Assembly (NCBI GenBank): GCA_002269645.1
Contig: NIVC01001172.1
Location: 1-64,000 of the forward strand
DNA length: 64,000 nucleotides
Reading direction: 5' to 3'
DNA from: Macrostomum lignano
Taxonomy: Eukaryota
In this document: in pieces, positions 1-12,000 of the stretch
How the letters are laid out: each line of letters opens with the position of its first letter
How positions within the stretch are numbered: the first letter of the stretch is position 1
The notes under the pieces: generated by a model
Databases searched by the model: none
Told to the model about the DNA's origin: nothing
Seen by the model: only the letters and a program-made list of their open reading frames with translations
Made by a program: the position numbers and the translations under genes

Positions 1-1917
1 GACGCGAGCAGCTGTCAACCCTGACCCTGACTGTCACAGCCCGCGACATGGCCGGGCTGGCAGCACCGTCAGCACCAACGTCATCATCACCGCACCGACG
101 AGAATGACAACGCACCGGTGTTCCCGACCAAGCACCTCACCATCAACGTGACGAGGGCAACACGCCGCCGAACACGCTGTTCGATTTCAGCTCCGCAACC
201 ATGCTGACAGACGCCGACGTCGGCGCCAATGCCAACCTCAACCTGGCGATCCAGTCAGGGTGATGGCAGGTAAATGGGAGCGTATTTGTTCTCTTAAGCG
301 TGTCCTTGAATGACCCACGGCCGCAATTCTCGAACCCTAATATGTTTTCCTTTTTATTATTAATATTATCAGTATAAACTACCCTACCTGCATTTTACTG
401 AGGATCTCTATGACCTTTAGGATCCACAATCTCAATGGCTACATGGCCTGCATGAGCGCATGACTTTTAACGCTGCATGATGCATGATCCCTGACCAACT
501 CACTCCATGATACCAACGACCTCTCAAAGTGACCTCTCAAAGGCCTCCATGACCTTTCAATGACCTCCACGACCTTCCAATGACCTCCATGATCTTCCAA
601 TAACATTTGTATCACCCAAAATCACTCCAAAACACTTTCAGCACCCAACGAAGAGTTCGAAATAAGCGGCAAGATACTGCGGACGAAAAAGACCTTCAGC
701 CTGGCCACCGACGGCCCCCAGTACATCCTGGTGCTGACCGCCACGGACGGCGGCCTGCCGACCCTCACCGGCACAGCGACCGTCACGGTGAACATCGTTG
801 AAGCCAACTTGGTGACGCCGACGTTCGCCGTCGGTTCGTACACAATGTCCGTGCCGGAGACGACGGCAGTCGGAGCCTCGCTGTACAACGCCAGCGCCAC
901 CGATGCTGATCACGGCCTGAGCGGCACGGTGTCCTACGGCCTGTCCTCAGTGTCCCCGGTGGCGTCCTACTTCGCCGTTGACAACAAGACTGGCAACGTG
1001 TTCCTACAGAACGCCATCGACTACGACACGGCCACCTCCAAGGTCTTCGAGTTGTACATCGTCGCCTACGACAAGGGCACGCCGCCGAGGTCCAACACAT
1101 TCACGCTGACAGTCAGCATCACCGACGCCAACGACAACGATCCGCAGTTCAACACCACCAACAGCTTCTCCAAGTCCATCGCCGAGAATGTCGGCACGGG
1201 CTTCGTCGTCAACAACATCGTCACGTACGACGTCGACACCGGCCTGGGAGGCAACGTGACCTGCTCCATCGCCAGCCAGTCCTCTCCGGCCATCTTCGCC
1301 ATCAGCACCTACTCGTGCGTCATGACCACCACGGCCAATCCGGACCGAGAGGCGCTGGCGGTGCACACCGTGACGGTCAAGCTGACGGACCTGGGCACGC
1401 CGGCCAGGACCAACCAGGCTCTGTTCACCATCACCCTCACTGACCTGAACGACAACACGCCGACTTTCTCCTTCGCCCAGATGGTTACCAGCGTGCCTGA
1501 GAACTCGGCAATTGGCGCGCGGTCACCACCGTCTACGCCACCGATGCCGACACTGGCACCAACGGGCCATCGCCTACAGCATGATCAGCAACGACGGAGC
1601 CGGCGACCACGGCAATTTCAGCATTTCCGCCACCACCGGCGCCATCACCGTGGCGCAGACGCTCGACAGAGAGCAGAAGGCGATGTACAGCCTGCGGGTG
1701 CTGGCCACGGACAGCGGATCGCCCCCGCTCACCGGCACCTGCGTGTGTGAACGTCACCATCACCGACATTAACGACAACACACCCACCGTGAGTTAGCTA
1801 GCTATTCAGTTAGTTAGTAAGTAAGTTAGTTAGTCAGTTAGTTACTTGGTTGGTTAGTTAGTTAGTCAGTTTGTTATTCAGTCAGTTAGTTAGTTAGTTA
1901 GTTAGTCAGTTAGTTAA

Positions 1918-1954
<37 letters not shown>

Positions 1955-1965
1955 CAGTTAGTTAA

Positions 1966-1997
<32 letters not shown>

Positions 1998-2025
1998 ATA
2001 GTTAGTAAGTTAGTTAGTTAGTTAG

Positions 2026-2120
<95 letters not shown>

Positions 2121-3053
2121 CAGTTAGTTAGTCATCAGTCCGGCCCCCTCAACCCCTTCCCGCAGTGGGTGTCGGCGCCCTACACTGCCTCGGTGTCCGA
2201 GAGCGCCCCGCTGGGCGAGCTGGTGATAACGGTGAGCGCCACGGACCGGGACAGCACCTTCGTGTGCTGACCTACTCGATTGCTTCTGGCGACACCCTCG
2301 GCCTGTTTCGAATCAACAGCGCGACGGGACGAATCGAGACGGCCAAGAGCAGCGGCCTGGATCGCGAATCTGTCGGCCTGTGGAACCTGACTCTGGTTGT
2401 CAACGACAACGGCAGCCCGCCCCTGTCGGCAACCACCTCTCTGACGGTGACGGTGACCGACGTGAACGAGTTCGCCCCTGCCTGGGTGAACAGCTCCTAC
2501 AACTTCCGCATCATCGAGAACTCGCCTGTCAGCACGCTGGTCGGCAACGTCAGAGCGACAGACAACGACGCTGGCCCGGTGAACAACGTCATTTACTACG
2601 CTATCGACGCCTACCTGCTCGGGGATAATTACTTCAGCATCAGCTCCACCACCGGGACATCAGCGTGAGCACTGCCGCTCTGGATCGGGAGACGCGGGAC
2701 ACCTACCAGCTGCGCGTCGTGGCCTGGGACGGCGCCACCCCGTCCAAGACGGCGACCAACTGCCTGACCGTCACAATCTACATTGACGACGCGAATGATC
2801 ACGACCCGGTGTACAGCAAGTCCTACTACAACGCCACCGTGAAGGAGGACGTCAGCATTGGCTACAATGTGTTAACCGTGAGCGGCTCGGACCTGGACAC
2901 TGGCAATAACCCGTGCTGATCTACCGGATTAACACCACGGACACAGCCGGAGCTTTCGCTAGCTACTTCTTCAACTTGGACAGCTCGACCGGCCTGCTGT
3001 CCGTGCAGCGCAGCTTGGACAGGGAGAATTCCAGCTACTTCCAGTGAGTAGGC

Positions 3054-3137
<84 letters not shown>

Positions 3138-3138
3138 G

Positions 3139-3202
<64 letters not shown>

Positions 3203-3205
3203 CTA

Positions 3206-3239
<34 letters not shown>

Positions 3240-3295
3240 TCACACAGATAGACAGACAGACAGACAGACAGACAGTCACACAGATAGACAGTCAC

Positions 3296-3378
<83 letters not shown>

Positions 3379-4661
3379 GGCAGGCAGACAGACAGACACT
3401 AAGATAGACAGACAGACACTAAGACATACTAAGTCAGACAGGCAGACGCAAAGAAAGACACTAAGACAGACAATTGGACTCCCCGAACTCCTCACTCCAG
3501 CTTCCCGATCCTCATCTACGACAACGGCACCGCGCCACAGCGCAGCGGCTCAGCTAGCGTGTACATAATCGTCGAGGACGTCAACGACAATGCGCCATCT
3601 CTGGCCTCGTTCTACAATGCCGAGGTGCCGGAGGTGGACGACGGCAACATGAAGATCGCCACCATCACGGCACCGACCCGACACCGGCAGCGGCGGCAGC
3701 GTCTCCTACTACTGGAACAGCAACACCCCTACTTCAACATCGACGCCACCACAGGCATCATCACCCGGAACACGCTAAACAGCGTCGAGGAATACAAAAT
3801 CTACACCCAGGATGTAGTCGCCAGGGACAGCGGCAGTCCCAGCTGACTTCGTCCGCTTCCAAAGTTCGAATCGACACATTCCCGGCCGATGAGTACATCG
3901 TGCTCATTCACTTCTCAATGAGCGAAGCGGACTACCTGTCACGCCTGAGCACTATCAAGACCAACCTGGCCAAGACTCTGTTGGCAAGTACCCCAACAAC
4001 CGGGTCGGACACTGGAAATATCACTCCCACAACGGGAACATTGTGGGCTACTTCTACGCTCTGGCCAACACGGACACGGACAGCATCTCCTACATCACCG
4101 TGGACAAGAAGTTCGTGCCCTACTCTGACCTGCTCGCCTTCTGGCGATTCGACTCCAGCGGCACACCGACCGACATTCTGAAGGGCTCCGACTTCACCAA
4201 CACCCAGATTGTCAAGGTCGAGCCGTACCCGCAGACCGCGTCCACGCCCTGGTACGAGGAATGGTGGGGCATCCTGCTGCTGGTGCTGGCCGGGCTGGCA
4301 GCCGCCGCCCTGCTGGCCGCCGCCATCTACGGCCTGGTGTTCTGCGCCAAGGCGGCTGCGGAGCCCAGACGCCCTCGGCCCCGGCCAGCCAGCCGGCCAA
4401 GCCGCCGCCACCGATCAAGGAGCGCCAGATCCTGGAGCTCAACCAGGACAAGCACCCGCGCCACCACCCCAAGCCGAAGGGCCGCTATCTGATCAAGGAG
4501 AACCAGGGTCAGAACAAGGGTGTGCAGGAGACCAGCAACAACCGGACACGACTCCCAAAGCTGAGTTTGACAAGCCGCAGCAGCAGCAGAACTCAACCTA
4601 TGATAATGGCAGAGCGTCTCCGGTGGGCAGCCTTGGCGGTGACGGGGCGCTTGACTTTTGA
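1..4661 (+). CDS. 3' part of a large cadherin/protocadherin (about 8-9 EC repeats, membrane-proximal domain, TM helix, short cytoplasmic tail); 5' end outside window; reading frame broken by multiple 1-bp indels
   Basis: Exons approx 1-269, 642-1788, 2166-3043, 3501-4661 with GT-AG boundaries. Repeated cadherin motifs DxNDNxPxF ([26 protein letters not shown]|[28 protein letters not shown]), LDRE and AxDxG. TM segment [28 protein letters not shown]. Subfamily and the exact C-terminal frame are uncertain. Confidence 0.93.
405..600. repeat. Degenerate short tandem repeat (ATGACCTCC/TGACCTT-like) in cadherin intron
   Basis: Recurrent atgacct/tgacctc motifs at roughly 10-20 bp spacing. Confidence 0.5.
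1793..2131. repeat. (TTAG)n microsatellite in cadherin intron
   Basis: Direct reading; begins immediately after the GTGAGT donor at 1789. Confidence 0.97.
3053..3470. repeat. (GACA)n microsatellite in cadherin intron
   Basis: Direct reading; interruptions GACACTAAGATA and GTCACACAGA. Confidence 0.97.
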
Positions 4662-4905
4662 TTGATTGATGGGATTCGATTATTTTATTTATTGTTTGAT
4701 CGATTGATTCATCTATTGGTGTTTAGATTTGCAGGGTTGACTGACTGATTGATTGATTGATTGATTATTTTTATGATTGGCTGATTGGTTAATTGATTGG
4801 CTGATTGATTGATTGGCTGATTAATTAATTCATTTATTGTCTAATTTATTTATTAGCTGATTGATTGATTGATTGATAGACTGGCTGACTGGCTGATTGA
4901 TCGAT
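4660..4905. repeat. Imperfect (GATT)n microsatellite starting at the cadherin stop codon (3' UTR)
   Basis: Direct reading. Confidence 0.9.
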
Positions 4906-5439
4906 CAATCAATACAATGGCAAATCGATCAAATCCGAACTACACTCGCTCAGTCTCATACTTCCGTATTGTATAAATCAATGTAGAAACCTGAAGTTGA
5001 AAGCTTATTCTCCGTGGTCATTTGTACTCGTATACCTCGAAAAAAATATTTTCTATTTTTGATATCAATCGTGTGATCCAATTGACTGTATGCATTCCTG
5101 CATCTGTTTATACATGAATTTTTTGTCAACATTTTAAAAATCAAGAATCGAACTAAAGACAAATATATATGGTTATTTTTTTATGCAGAAGCATCATTCC
5201 GCAGAGCTCGAATTTAATATCTCTTATTTATTGAGGTCATTTATTTAAAAATATATAATTCGTGCCGCGGCCCTCACCATGGAGTCACTAACTGACTGAG
5301 TGCTATTGACAATGTAGCAGAGCAGATATGCTTATAGCCTACTAGTAGTTCAGGCTTGGGAAATGTTGTAGCCGGGGATGGACAGGGAGTTTAGGAGTTT
5401 CTCCGCAAGTATAGAGCAGTTGGGCTCTGGGAAGGGTCA

Positions 5440-6060
5440 CATGACTGCACAGAGGTTTGAGCCAATGCGTGTTCAGGCAAGACCACTGTACATTCGACTA
5501 CATTTTACGGCTCATAGACGATGTTCTGAAAATGCTCCAGCTCAAGAATTACACCATTTCCAGCTTCTTTGACGTCAAGGGTGCCTTCGACGGTGTCTGG
5601 CATGACTACGAGTACTTCAGGCATAGATTCCTAGAATGTGATATTCCTCGCATAGTCAGGATTGTCTCTATTCCTTGACGACAGGGAATTCTTGATTTCT
5701 ATGGTCTATGGCATCGTGTGTTGGTCTAAACACACCATAGATCATAGATGCCATGAGACCGCACATAAACTTTTGCCTGTATGACCAATTATTCTAATAT
5801 TATGATATTACGAGTACAACTTTTCTCGTTCAATTTCAACAAAACAACAGTTCTTTTTAGACAAGACGATATTCTATTTAGACACTATGGTTTGGAGCAC
5901 AGCTCCAAGCATTCAAATTAGACAAACTGAAGTTCTTTTTAGCCAGTGAATATTCCATGAAAAGGATCGCTCGCAATATCAGATCTCTTTTGTATAGGTC
6001 ATACATTGAGAGCGGTATGACCTATGGCGCGCCTTGTTCTAATCAACGAGGCCCATGGTG
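5440..6060 (+). mobile_element. Degenerate non-LTR retrotransposon (LINE) reverse transcriptase fragment
   Basis: FFDVKGAFDGVWHD (RT motif LDxxxAFDxV) in ORF 5457-5678; downstream LYRSYIESGMTYGAP resembles the LINE RT thumb region; stops and frameshifts in between. Confidence 0.75.
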
Positions 6061-6249
6061 TCACCAATGATGAGCCTAATTACAATTGCAACCTAGAAAC
6101 TAATACTTTAAATACACATTGCATGCTTGCTTGTTTGGATCTTTTTTTAACACCTTTCAAATTAATAATTCTCTTTGGATTTCAGCAGTCTGTTTTTATC
6201 TCTTTTGCTAGGATTAGGGAATATCAGGAAACCTGGTGGTAGCGAACTA

Positions 6250-6560
6250 CCAAACCAAAACATGTAATCCACTAAGAGTAAAACTAAACTCAAACCAGAC
6301 AGCGGGAGCCAACGATTCCGGCAAGAACCTTCGCGAACTTTTTCTCCAGCCAATCACAGTTGAAGCTGCAGAAAGGCCAGCAGACAGAGGAAGATGCTGC
6401 AAGACTGATGAGGCTACCGACTGTATTGAACAAAACATAGAGACTATTTCTTGCGAACCTACCGGTGTTTTGTAATGAAATTTCCAACTTGCCACTCGCA
6501 AGCTTATTCTAGTCAATGGAGTCAAGGCAATCCCGGAACGCTTTAGTGCTGAGTCCCACA
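6250..6560 (+). mobile_element. Second, more decayed LINE RT fragment (CR1/L2-like)
   Basis: Frameshifted remnants QRFRQEPSRTF (cf. QHGFRKGRSC), RKLILVNGV and VPQG (cf. GVPQGS). Confidence 0.45.
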
Positions 6561-6754
6561 GGGTGAGTACCTGTATTGGGCATCGCAATAATACTTCAGT
6601 GTAAGACCCTCACTTACCATGCAGTCAGCATTTTAAATTCGAAAGCTTACAACTATAGAGGCAGAGACAACTGCAGTAGAAGGACGCTACTCTCTATTTC
6701 TTCTTCTAGAGAGCATACGGGTAAATCATATACACATACTTATATCAGACAGTT

Positions 6755-6950
6755 GACGGCACCCTAGTGCAACGCCTTCGCCAGCATGGTCCACAACATG
6801 CCACAGCCAGCGCTGACGGCAACTCTGCTCATTCCACTGACTGCTGAGCACATACAAGCGCGCCAATACTGTACTCAGGCACGCACTCATGCCCACGCTC
6901 ACACAGGGTGTACAGCGGCACTGACTTTCTGATCCTCAGACATGTACACT
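6755..6950. repeat. Dispersed ~200-bp repeat, copy 1 of 3 (others 25075-25257 and 39468-39625, inverted)
   Basis: Shared core cagggtgtacagcgg(c/a)c(c/t)gactttctgatcctcagacatgtac; class unknown. Confidence 0.85.
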
Positions 6951-7516
6951 CTCAGGCATGTACACTCTCAGGCATGTACAGTCTCAGGCATGTACACTCT
7001 CAGGCATGTACAGTCTCAGGCATGTACACTCTCAGGCATGTACACTCTCAGGCATGTACACTCTCAGGCATGTACACTCTCAGGCATGTACACTCTCAGG
7101 CATGTACACTCTCAGGCATGTGCACTCTCAGGCATGTACACTCTCAGGCATGTACACTCTCAGGCATGTACACTCTCAGGCATGTACACTCTCAGGCATG
7201 TACACTCTCAGGCATGTACACTCTCAGGCATGTACACTCTCAGGCATGTACACTCTCAGGCATGTACACTCTCAGGCATGTACACTCTCAGGCATGTACA
7301 CTCTCAGGCATGTACACTCTCAGGCATGTACACTCTCAGGCATGTACACTCTCAGGCATGTACACTCTCTGCAGGCATGTACACTCTCAGGCATGTACAC
7401 TCTCAGGCATGTACACTCTCAGGCATGTACACTCTCAGGCATGTACACTCTCAGGCATGTACACTCTCAGGCATGTACACTCTCTGCAGGCATGTACACT
7501 CTCAGGCATGTACACT
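6935..7516. repeat. 16-bp minisatellite (CAGGCATGTACACTCT)n, about 36 copies
   Basis: Direct reading; source of spurious ORFs 6908-7612, 6942-7568 and 6958-7539. Confidence 0.97.
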
Positions 7517-8117
7517 TCACACGCACAGAATCGAACTGAGGGTTGCATGCGCGGGAGTCAGGTGCTAGCCGATGAGATGCTCTTGCCCCCTAAATATCAT
7601 GCCTCATCTTAAAAAATGAATAACTTTCTAGGAGAAATTATTGAACAATTTAAGCACTGGCCTGAATTTGAATGTCAGTCGCATTTCTACAACAAAGGGC
7701 AATTTTTAATCCAGCAGTCACTCTGGGCCAGGATCCAAGATATTGCTGAGGTATTGTAGTGGATACCAATGCAAGTCAAAACACATCCTGCAGACACCGA
7801 ATGCATGCCAACAGAGCGGCCAGGGCAGGCGCAGAAGCAGCAGTGGCTGTTGGAGCCACAGAAAAAGTTTAGCAGGAACGAACATGGGTCTGCACAGGGC
7901 CCGGTCTTCATCGCTCAAGCTGTCAGACTGTCAGACCCCATTCCCCGCCGGTACATCCCGGAGCCAGGGAGACTTCAGAGCGAGCATCTGGGACAGCGCC
8001 AACCTTTTCTTACCCAGCCAGATCACGTTTTAACGCCTCATTCTAACAAATATGAACTGGTTTTCAATTTTTGTTACATTTTTAAAGCACAAGTCTTTAA
8101 ATAGTTGCTATGCAATA

Positions 8118-8582
8118 AAACATCCGGCCTTCGAGTCCTCTGAAAATTGAAACTTCACAAATAGCAATCCGCCCGCTCAAGGTTTTGTCTCTTCTCAGAT
8201 CTCTTCCTCTTCCCTCTTTATCTTCTCTCATCTCTTCTCTACTCACTCTCCTCTTTCTCCTCTTCATTCTTCTCTCTCCTCTCCTCTCCTCCTCTCTCAT
8301 CTTCTCTCTTCTATCTCCCCTCCGCTCTCCTCTCTGCACTCTTCTCTCTCCTCTCTCCCATCTTCTCTCATCTATCTACCCTCCACTCTCCTCTCATCTT
8401 TTCTCCTCTCCTCTCTTCTTTCCTCTCCCTTCTCTCACCTCTTCTCTCTTCTCTGATCCCATCTCTTGCCTCTCTCTTATCTCTAATCTTCTACTCTCTC
8501 GCATTTCCTTTCTTATCTGGCCCTCAGAAATGAGCTGAATTCTTCATCTGGCCCTTGAGGTAAAAAAAACTGCCGACCATTG
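8118..8582 (-). mobile_element. Truncated hAT-type MITE with internal TC/GA low-complexity tract (same family as 33002-33597)
   Basis: 8520-8582 is the reverse complement of the CAGGGGTCGGCAAAC...CAGCTCATGGCTGCGGGCC left arm; 8120-8180 matches the reverse complement of 33490-33545. Confidence 0.75.
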
Positions 8583-9096
8583 GTTTAGGAAGAGGTTGGC
8601 GCCTCCAGGGGATCCCAGGCTTTCGTCAACGGTCTCCTTGGCTTGCAACACTCCGGCTTCTGTTATCATGCAGCCTGCATCAGCTGCTGCCAGTTTGTTT
8701 CTGTCAGACAGACACGCAGACAGACAGACAGACAGACAGACCAGGAGGACACGCCTCTGAACCAGAAGAAGCAGATCTGAACAGAAGTTGAATAGTGGCC
8801 AAAAATTGAAAGTGGAGAAGAAACCAGAAACCCATCTGCTGGTCATGCGCCGTGTCAATGGAAACCACCCTGAAGACGATTTTCAGGCAGGCGTCTGGAA
8901 AGAGAGGGAACCACTGGGTGTGCAGTGTTTTTTGACTGGCTTTTAATAATAAATGCAGTCAAGCGTTGCGTCTTTGCATAACAGTTACTGACTTTTCAAC
9001 GGCGCCTGCTTCTAGATAAGGTAGTTTATGGTGCGCCTGTACTAGCCAATTTAGTACAGGCTTAAACAGTTCCGTTCTCTGCCCCAATGCAGGCTG

Positions 9097-12000
9097 ATGG
9101 ACAGATCGCTAGAGGTTGCACCTGGTACAGCGGGACACTGCAGGTGAGTTAGGACGACTTTCTAAGAATCTAAGAGATTATAGACTATTTCTAAGAATCT
9201 AGAGATTCAACTAATTCTAGAAATCTAGAGATTAGGCTATTTCTAGAAATCTAGAGATTAGGCTATTTCTATAAATCTAGAGATTATGCTATTTCTAAGA
9301 ATCTAGAGATTAGGCTATTTCTAGAAATCTAGAGATTAGGCTACTTCTAGAAATCTAGAGATTAGGCTATTTTTAGAAATCTAGAGATTTGGCTAGTTCT
9401 AGAAATCTAGAGATTAGGCTAGTTCTAGAAATCTAGAGATTTGGCTAGTTCTAGAAATCTAGAGATTAGGCTAGTTCTAGAAATCTAGAGATTCGGCTAT
9501 TTCTAGAAATCTAGAGATTCGGCTATTTCTAGAAATCTAGAGATTAGGCTATTTCTAGAAATCTAGAGATTAGGCTATTTCTAGAAATCTAGAGATTAGG
9601 CTACTTCTAGAAATCTAGAGATTAGGCTATTTTTAGAAATCTAGAGATTAGGCTATTTCTAGAAATCTAGAGATTTGGCTAGTTCTAGAAATCTAGAGAT
9701 TAGGCTAGTTCTAGAAATCTAGAGATTTGGCTAGTTCTAGAAATCTAGAGATTAGGCTAGTTCTAGAAATCTAGAGATTCGGCTATTTCTAGAAATCTAG
9801 AGATTCGGCTATTTCTAGAAATCTAGAGATTCGGCTATTTTTAGAAATCTAGAGATTAGGCTATTTCTAGAAATCTAGAGATTAGGCTATTTCTAGAAAT
9901 CTAGAGATTAGGCTATTTCTAGAAATCTAGAGATTAGGCTAGTTCTAGAAATCTAGAGATTCGGCTATTTCTAGAAATCTAGAGATTCGGCTATTTTTAG
10001 AAATCTAGAGATTCGGCTATTTCTAGAAATCTAGAGATTCGGCTATTTCTAGAAATCTAGAGATTAGGCTATTTCTAGAAATCTAGAGATTAGGCTATTT
10101 CTAGAAATCTAGAGATTCGGCTATTTCTAGAAATCTAGAGATTAGGCTATTTCTAGAAATCTAGAGATTCGGCTATTTCTAGAAATCTAGAGATCTAGAG
10201 ATTGGTCTTTTCTACGAAGCTAAGAATCTGGAGATTTGGTTATTTCTAAGAATCTAGAGATTATGTATTGTGTTTCTAAAAATCGAGATTATGTTGATTC
10301 TAAGAATCTAGAACTTAAAAATTGTCAATCAAGACGCAGGCAATAGCTAAAAAATCATATTTCAGACGCTGCAAGGGGCGACTTGCAGCAGCGTGCGCCA
10401 TTCAGGATCGCCATGAGCTGCAGGGACCGTCTTCTTCAACTGGTGAGTCAGAACTGGGAGATGGGCTGTGCCTCACTATAGGCTGAATGAATACATTGGG
10501 AGAATGAACAGATAGACAGGTGTATGAATGTAAGAACAAGCAGATAGACAGGTGTATGAATGTAAGAACAAGCAGATAGACAGGTGTATGAATGTAAAAA
10601 CAAGCAGATAGACTGGTGTATGAATGTAAAAACAAGCAGATAGACAGGTGTATGAATGTAAAAACAAGCAGATAGACTGGTGTATGAATGTAAGAACAAG
10701 CAGATAGACTGTTGTATGAATGAGAGAATGAACAGATAGACTGGTGTATGAATGAGCAGATAGACAGGTTTATGGCTGGGAGAATGAGCAGATAGAAAGG
10801 TTTATGACTGGCAGAATGAGCAGATAGACAAGTGTATGACTGGCAGAATGAGCAGATAGACAGGTGTATGACTGGCAGAATGAGCAGATAGACAGGTGTA
10901 TGACTGGGAGAATGAGCAGATAGACAGGTGTATGACTGGGAGAATGAGCAGATAGACAGGTGTATGACTGGCAGAATGAGCAGATAGACAGGTGTATGAC
11001 TGGCAGAATGAGCAGATAGAAAGGTTTATGACTGGCAGAATGAGCAAATAGATAAGTTTATGGCTGGGAGAATGAGCCGACGGGCACTTATGTACATTCT
11101 TCTCACCTGAGGCAATGACACAATGTTGGCCATTTTTCATGCCCCTCAAATCTTCCAGCTCAGCGCACGGATCGGCTGCTTGAAAATGTCTCTACTAACA
11201 GCAATGCCCTGCTAAACGATTACGGAGAGGACGAGTCGGACACCAACTCATACACGAGCATCGCGGCCATTGTTCAACTGCAGCGCGGCACTGGGAGTCT
11301 GGGAATCAGCTTCATCGGAGGCTGCGATACCTCACTGGTTTGCAATGTTCTTACAATCAGTATTGAGTGAAGTTTCATTGCAAAAAATAAACAATGTAGT
11401 ATTGACAATTAGGAAGATAATATATATGCTATTATAACCCCCTGTCAGGGCTGCGTTCTCATTCAGAAGATCATGCCAGGCGGTCTGGCCGACAGAGACG
11501 ATCGACTGCGATCTGGTGACGTCATTCTACAGGTTTGAAAAACAATTACTAGTCACCTGCACTTTTGAGAATCTTATGTAACTTTATTATGTTGTATGCG
11601 CTGCACAATTCCCAGCACATACGCTATTTAAGCTACTTTCAACATAGTAGTACAATCACTTTTTCCCTCACTCACAATTTATTCCTTTGTAATTTGGCGC
11701 GCTTATCTGTCTCCCCCGCCCATTTTTATTGCCCGCATCTTCGCGCCGCTTGCATATATGTACATTGCCTGCCTAACCAACGTACACTACTCCTGAACTG
11801 ATAGCAACACTTGTCACGTGACTGCCAGTTCGATACAAACCAAACGCATCTGCCTTTTCAATTCACCTTTCTTACAAAAGATAGTTATAGTTTTCTTTAC
11901 TTGCTACTGAATATAGAAGTAGGTGATAACCAGTTAATTTTGCACTTTAACTAACAAAAGGTGAACGATAACGACCTGACCCGGGCCACTCATGGCGAGG

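Noticed and set aside
1793-2131. Telomere-like repeat
   Set aside because: Unit is TTAG, not TTAGG or TTAGGG, and lies inside a normal GT-AG intron
6925-6945. Hammerhead-like CTGAGGA..GAAA on the minus strand of the dispersed repeat; also CTGATGA at about 23348
   Set aside because: Only 3 nt between the core boxes, copy 3 breaks the core (CTGAGCA), and no flanking stems could be built; the 23348 site lacks a properly placed GAAA
7640-8040. GC-richer ORFs 7743-8033 and 7769-8104
   Set aside because: No recognisable domain or consistent splice sites; probably a decayed retroelement, but I cannot support a call
8590-8930. Possible extra upstream exons of the LNX-like gene
   Set aside because: Stops in all plus frames over short distances; no phase-compatible donor found
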